Assembly (NCBI GenBank): GCA_021818685.1
Contig: JAKATP010000003.1
Location: forward strand, 447 to 64,446
Origin: Bacillota bacterium
GTDB lineage: Bacteria; Bacillota; Sulfobacillia; Sulfobacillales; JAIMBI01
Length of the DNA stretch: 64,000 nt
Direction of reading: 5' to 3'
Shown here: positions 61,740 to 64,000 of the stretch, one piece after another
How positions within the stretch are numbered: position 1 is the stretch's first letter
How the letters are laid out: each line of letters starts with the position of its first letter
Translations under genes and position numbers: made by a program
The notes under the pieces: generated by a model
The model's database searches: none
What the model saw: only the letters and a program-made list of their open reading frames with translations
Told to the model about the DNA's origin: nothing

Positions 61740-62720
61740 TTAGAACAGTGCCGACCGCGTGCCTGCCGGTCGGACGCTGCTGCTGGACGTCTCGATTTCG
61801 GCCTGGCGCGTGAGATATCCCGGCACCATCATGAGGCCCAAGAGCGGCATGGTGTTGGGATCAGTGGAAAATCCGGTGAATATGGCGCCCATCCCCTGAC
61901 CGCACCACCACAGCATGAACATTAATACGCCCGCCACAATATACGCCAGGCGGCCCGCTCGCCGCGTGGCCAGACGCCAAGCGACGAATGCGAGTCCCAA
62001 GATAAGCACGAGATTCACCGTCACCGGGTGATCGTACGACAAGACGACCGCCCAGAACATCGTATGTTGAAAAAATGCGGGCTCGAGGCTCCAGGTCGAC
62101 TGAAACTGAGAGGCGAGACCCATCGGCGTCCAGAAGAGCGGCGCCGTCTGCTGTAAGGCGGCCAAGCCGAAAAACACGGCCGGAGCGTCCCGGACCGCGT
62201 TCAGGCGAGTGCCGAACTGCCAGTGCCGATCTGACAGGAGGAGCATAGCAGCCATCCACCCGTAAAGGAGCACAGCGCCGGGCTCCCCGCTCACCACGGT
62301 CGCACTGCCGGTCAGGATGCCCCCGAGGCCTTCGCCAAACAGCCACACGACGGCCGTCCAGCCGATGGACAGCCACAGGCCGGTGCGGATGATCGCCCGT
62401 TGACGTCCGAACACCATGAGACTCCCGACAAGAAGCTCCACGGCGACGATGACGAGGTTCCAGGCCACGACATGCGGAGTCATGAACCGAATCGCCCAGC
62501 TCACGGTGTTCGCAATCCACAGCGGCTGGCTCACCACCAGCGGCTCCATGACCGTGTGCAGCATCGCGGTTTCGAACATGCGTGGCTGCAACTGCAAGAG
62601 CCCGTCCAGGATCCAAAAGCCGCCAAGCGCGCGGCGCATAAGATCCTTTATCCGCGACATCCTGAATGTTGGGGAAATCCGGGCACCGGCGTCCGTGGAG
62701 AGGGGGGTCGCACACTCCAT
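61740..62720 (-). CDS. Uncharacterised polytopic membrane protein (about 8 TM)
   Basis: 326 aa, with AGGAG upstream of ATG 62720. Trp/Gly-rich helices and several intramembrane His. No family recognised. Confidence 0.6.
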   Translation of the reverse strand: MECATPLSTDAGARISPTFRMSRIKDLMRRALGGFWILDGLLQLQPRMFETAMLHTVMEPLVVSQPLWIANTVSWAIRFMTPHVVAWNLVIVAVELLVGSLMVFGRQRAIIRTGLWLSIGWTAVVWLFGEGLGGILTGSATVVSGEPGAVLLYGWMAAMLLLSDRHWQFGTRLNAVRDAPAVFFGLAALQQTAPLFWTPMGLASQFQSTWSLEPAFFQHTMFWAVVLSYDHPVTVNLVLILGLAFVAWRLATRRAGRLAYIVAGVLMFMLWWCGQGMGAIFTGFSTDPNTMPLLGLMMVPGYLTRQAEIETSSSSVRPAGTRSALF

Positions 62721-62803
62721 CGGTCGGCCACTCCTGCTCTAGGGTTTTCGAAACGGCAACCGTCCGGAAGGACGCTCGCCTGGCTGGTCTTGCCGGATCC
62801 CGC

Positions 62804-63391
62804 TTATGCCTGGACCTCGACGTTGCCCGTCATGTAGCCGACCGTCGCCATGGGTCCACTCCAACCGGTGCCGCCCGTTCCGCACGGGGCCATGCACTGC
62901 CAGCGGAACGTCCCGGCCCTGGTCACCCGGAAGGTAGCCTCGACGGTAACGGTCCCATGATTCGGCGCCGCCGGCACCACGATGTTCAATCCCAGGGCGG
63001 GGACGGTAAATGTGTGGGCCACAATACTGCTCGACATCTCGATGGCCTTGCCATTTACGCGCTCAGGTCCGATGAGGCCCTCCGGACGACCAAACGGGCC
63101 CGCAAGCGCGCTCCCGCCGTTGTCGTTGTTCACGATGGTAAGATGGATAATCGCGTGATCCGGAAGCTTTAGCTGGCTCAACGTATACGTCGGCCACCCG
63201 TGCGGACCGTTGGCGTTGATGACGAGCCGCACGTTCACGATCCGGCCCGTGGTACTGGCCGCACCAAGCGGTGGCGGCGCCGTGCTCTTGCCGGCGGCCA
63301 CGCGGGTGCCGCTCAGCGTAAACATAAGGGCCAAGGTGACCAGCATGATGACGGTCATGGCGGTCGTAATTCGCTTCAGCACGGGGTCCAT
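62804..63391 (-). CDS. Membrane-anchored cupredoxin protein, cytochrome oxidase subunit II (CuA domain)-like with a variant metal site
   Basis: N-terminal TM helix. HTFTVPALGLNIVVP resembles the COX2 HSFxVPxLGxKxDxxPG block. FRWQCMAPCGTGGTGWSGPM carries CxxxCG but no His before the Met. Confidence 0.5.
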   Translation of the reverse strand: MDPVLKRITTAMTVIMLVTLALMFTLSGTRVAAGKSTAPPPLGAASTTGRIVNVRLVINANGPHGWPTYTLSQLKLPDHAIIHLTIVNNDNGGSALAGPFGRPEGLIGPERVNGKAIEMSSSIVAHTFTVPALGLNIVVPAAPNHGTVTVEATFRVTRAGTFRWQCMAPCGTGGTGWSGPMATVGYMTGNVEVQA

Positions 63392-63671
63392 GGGTCTGCG
63401 CCTCCCGGAGTCGCTGTCTATATCTCGACTTTAGGAGGGTGCCCATCGAGGAGCACCGGTCATCGGAACCACCGCAGCCGCCCTGACCGATCCTGAATGT
63501 GGAGCCGTTAGGACCCTCCGTACAGGGCTGTTGGGCCCACGCGCGTTTTTCCGCACCCGGCCCGGATGCAGGTCGCACCGCAAGATCCCCGGACGGGGAA
63601 GGGATGGCTAAGGCGGCCGACCATCCCTACCTCCCCCGAGGTTATTCCCCGTGACACCCGCTCTGTAGACG

Positions 63672-64000
63672 TCACGTCTGGGTTCCGATGTTCTTCACGA
63701 GCTCCTGGTATATGGCGGGCGTCGCATAGCCGACCTGCCACAGTGCCACGCCGGCCAGATGATCCTTCTTCGCCAGGGCAATCTTCTGCGCGATGCCCTT
63801 CCGGTTTTCCCACCAGTAGATGTGGCTCCCGATCGTGGCCGTCATCTCGTCGTATCGGGCGTTCCAGGTTCCCTTCGCCTTGATGGCTGGGGTGATCGCG
63901 TCGTAGGGAATTGTGGTGGCGTGGGTGCTGCCGCTCGTCCACTCGTACCCATAAAGCGCGATGCCGAGGTCGATCTTGGAGCTCGGCACCACGTTCTTCA
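63672..64000 (-). CDS. Glycoside hydrolase family 18-like protein, C-terminal fragment (5' end beyond the window)
   Basis: KIDLGIALYGYEW..WWENRKGIAQKIALAKKDHLAGVALWQVGYATP, typical of the GH18 C-terminal strands. The ORF runs off the right edge. Confidence 0.6.
   Translation of the reverse strand, partial: KNVVPSSKIDLGIALYGYEWTSGSTHATTIPYDAITPAIKAKGTWNARYDEMTATIGSHIYWWENRKGIAQKIALAKKDHLAGVALWQVGYATPAIYQELVKNIGTQT

Overview
A GC-rich window, judged by eye and not computed. Its gene order matches a Bacillota-type (Gram-positive-like) chromosome core. About 38 kb is the translation/transcription super-cluster, all on the minus strand. In transcription order it runs: rpmG-secE-nusG-rplK-rplA, an inserted block, rplJ-rplL-rpoB-rpoC, an L7Ae-like gene, rpsL-rpsG-fusA-tuf, the S10, spc and alpha operons ending at rplQ, then truA. 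Calls rest on ORF translations, Shine-Dalgarno sites (GGAGG type) and start/stop overlaps. I added three tRNAs (Tyr, initiator Met, Thr) and two small ribosomal protein genes missing from the ORF track (rpmJ, rpmG), both found by hand translation. I also added several sigma-A-like promoters, an L10-leader attenuator and intrinsic terminators. Accessory content: (i) a TPP enzyme, cyclase, prolyl oligopeptidase and proline dehydrogenase on the left flank. (ii) A 7.7-kb block (lipoprotein, HlyD/MacB-type efflux system, AI-2E transporter, ddl) that splits rplKA from rplJL. (iii) An ABC-2 exporter with two ATPases and a TetR regulator. (iv) A GNAT, thioredoxin and leuS. (v) A tRNA-adjacent block with an AlkD-like protein, two small paralogous ORFs, an orphan beta-class DNA methyltransferase and a phosphoesterase. 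(vi) A COX2-like cupredoxin, polytopic membrane protein and ferredoxin. The strongest finding is a thioredoxin gene with an in-frame TGA exactly at the first Cys of the CxxC motif. A hairpin follows whose GGUC loop sits at +22..+25, the geometry I recall for the E. coli fdhF SECIS, so this is a candidate selenoprotein that the ORF track splits in two. I saw no rRNA, CRISPR array, transposase or integrase. Most long ORFs antisense to the large genes look like high-GC shadow ORFs. Two regions of about 1 kb remain unexplained.
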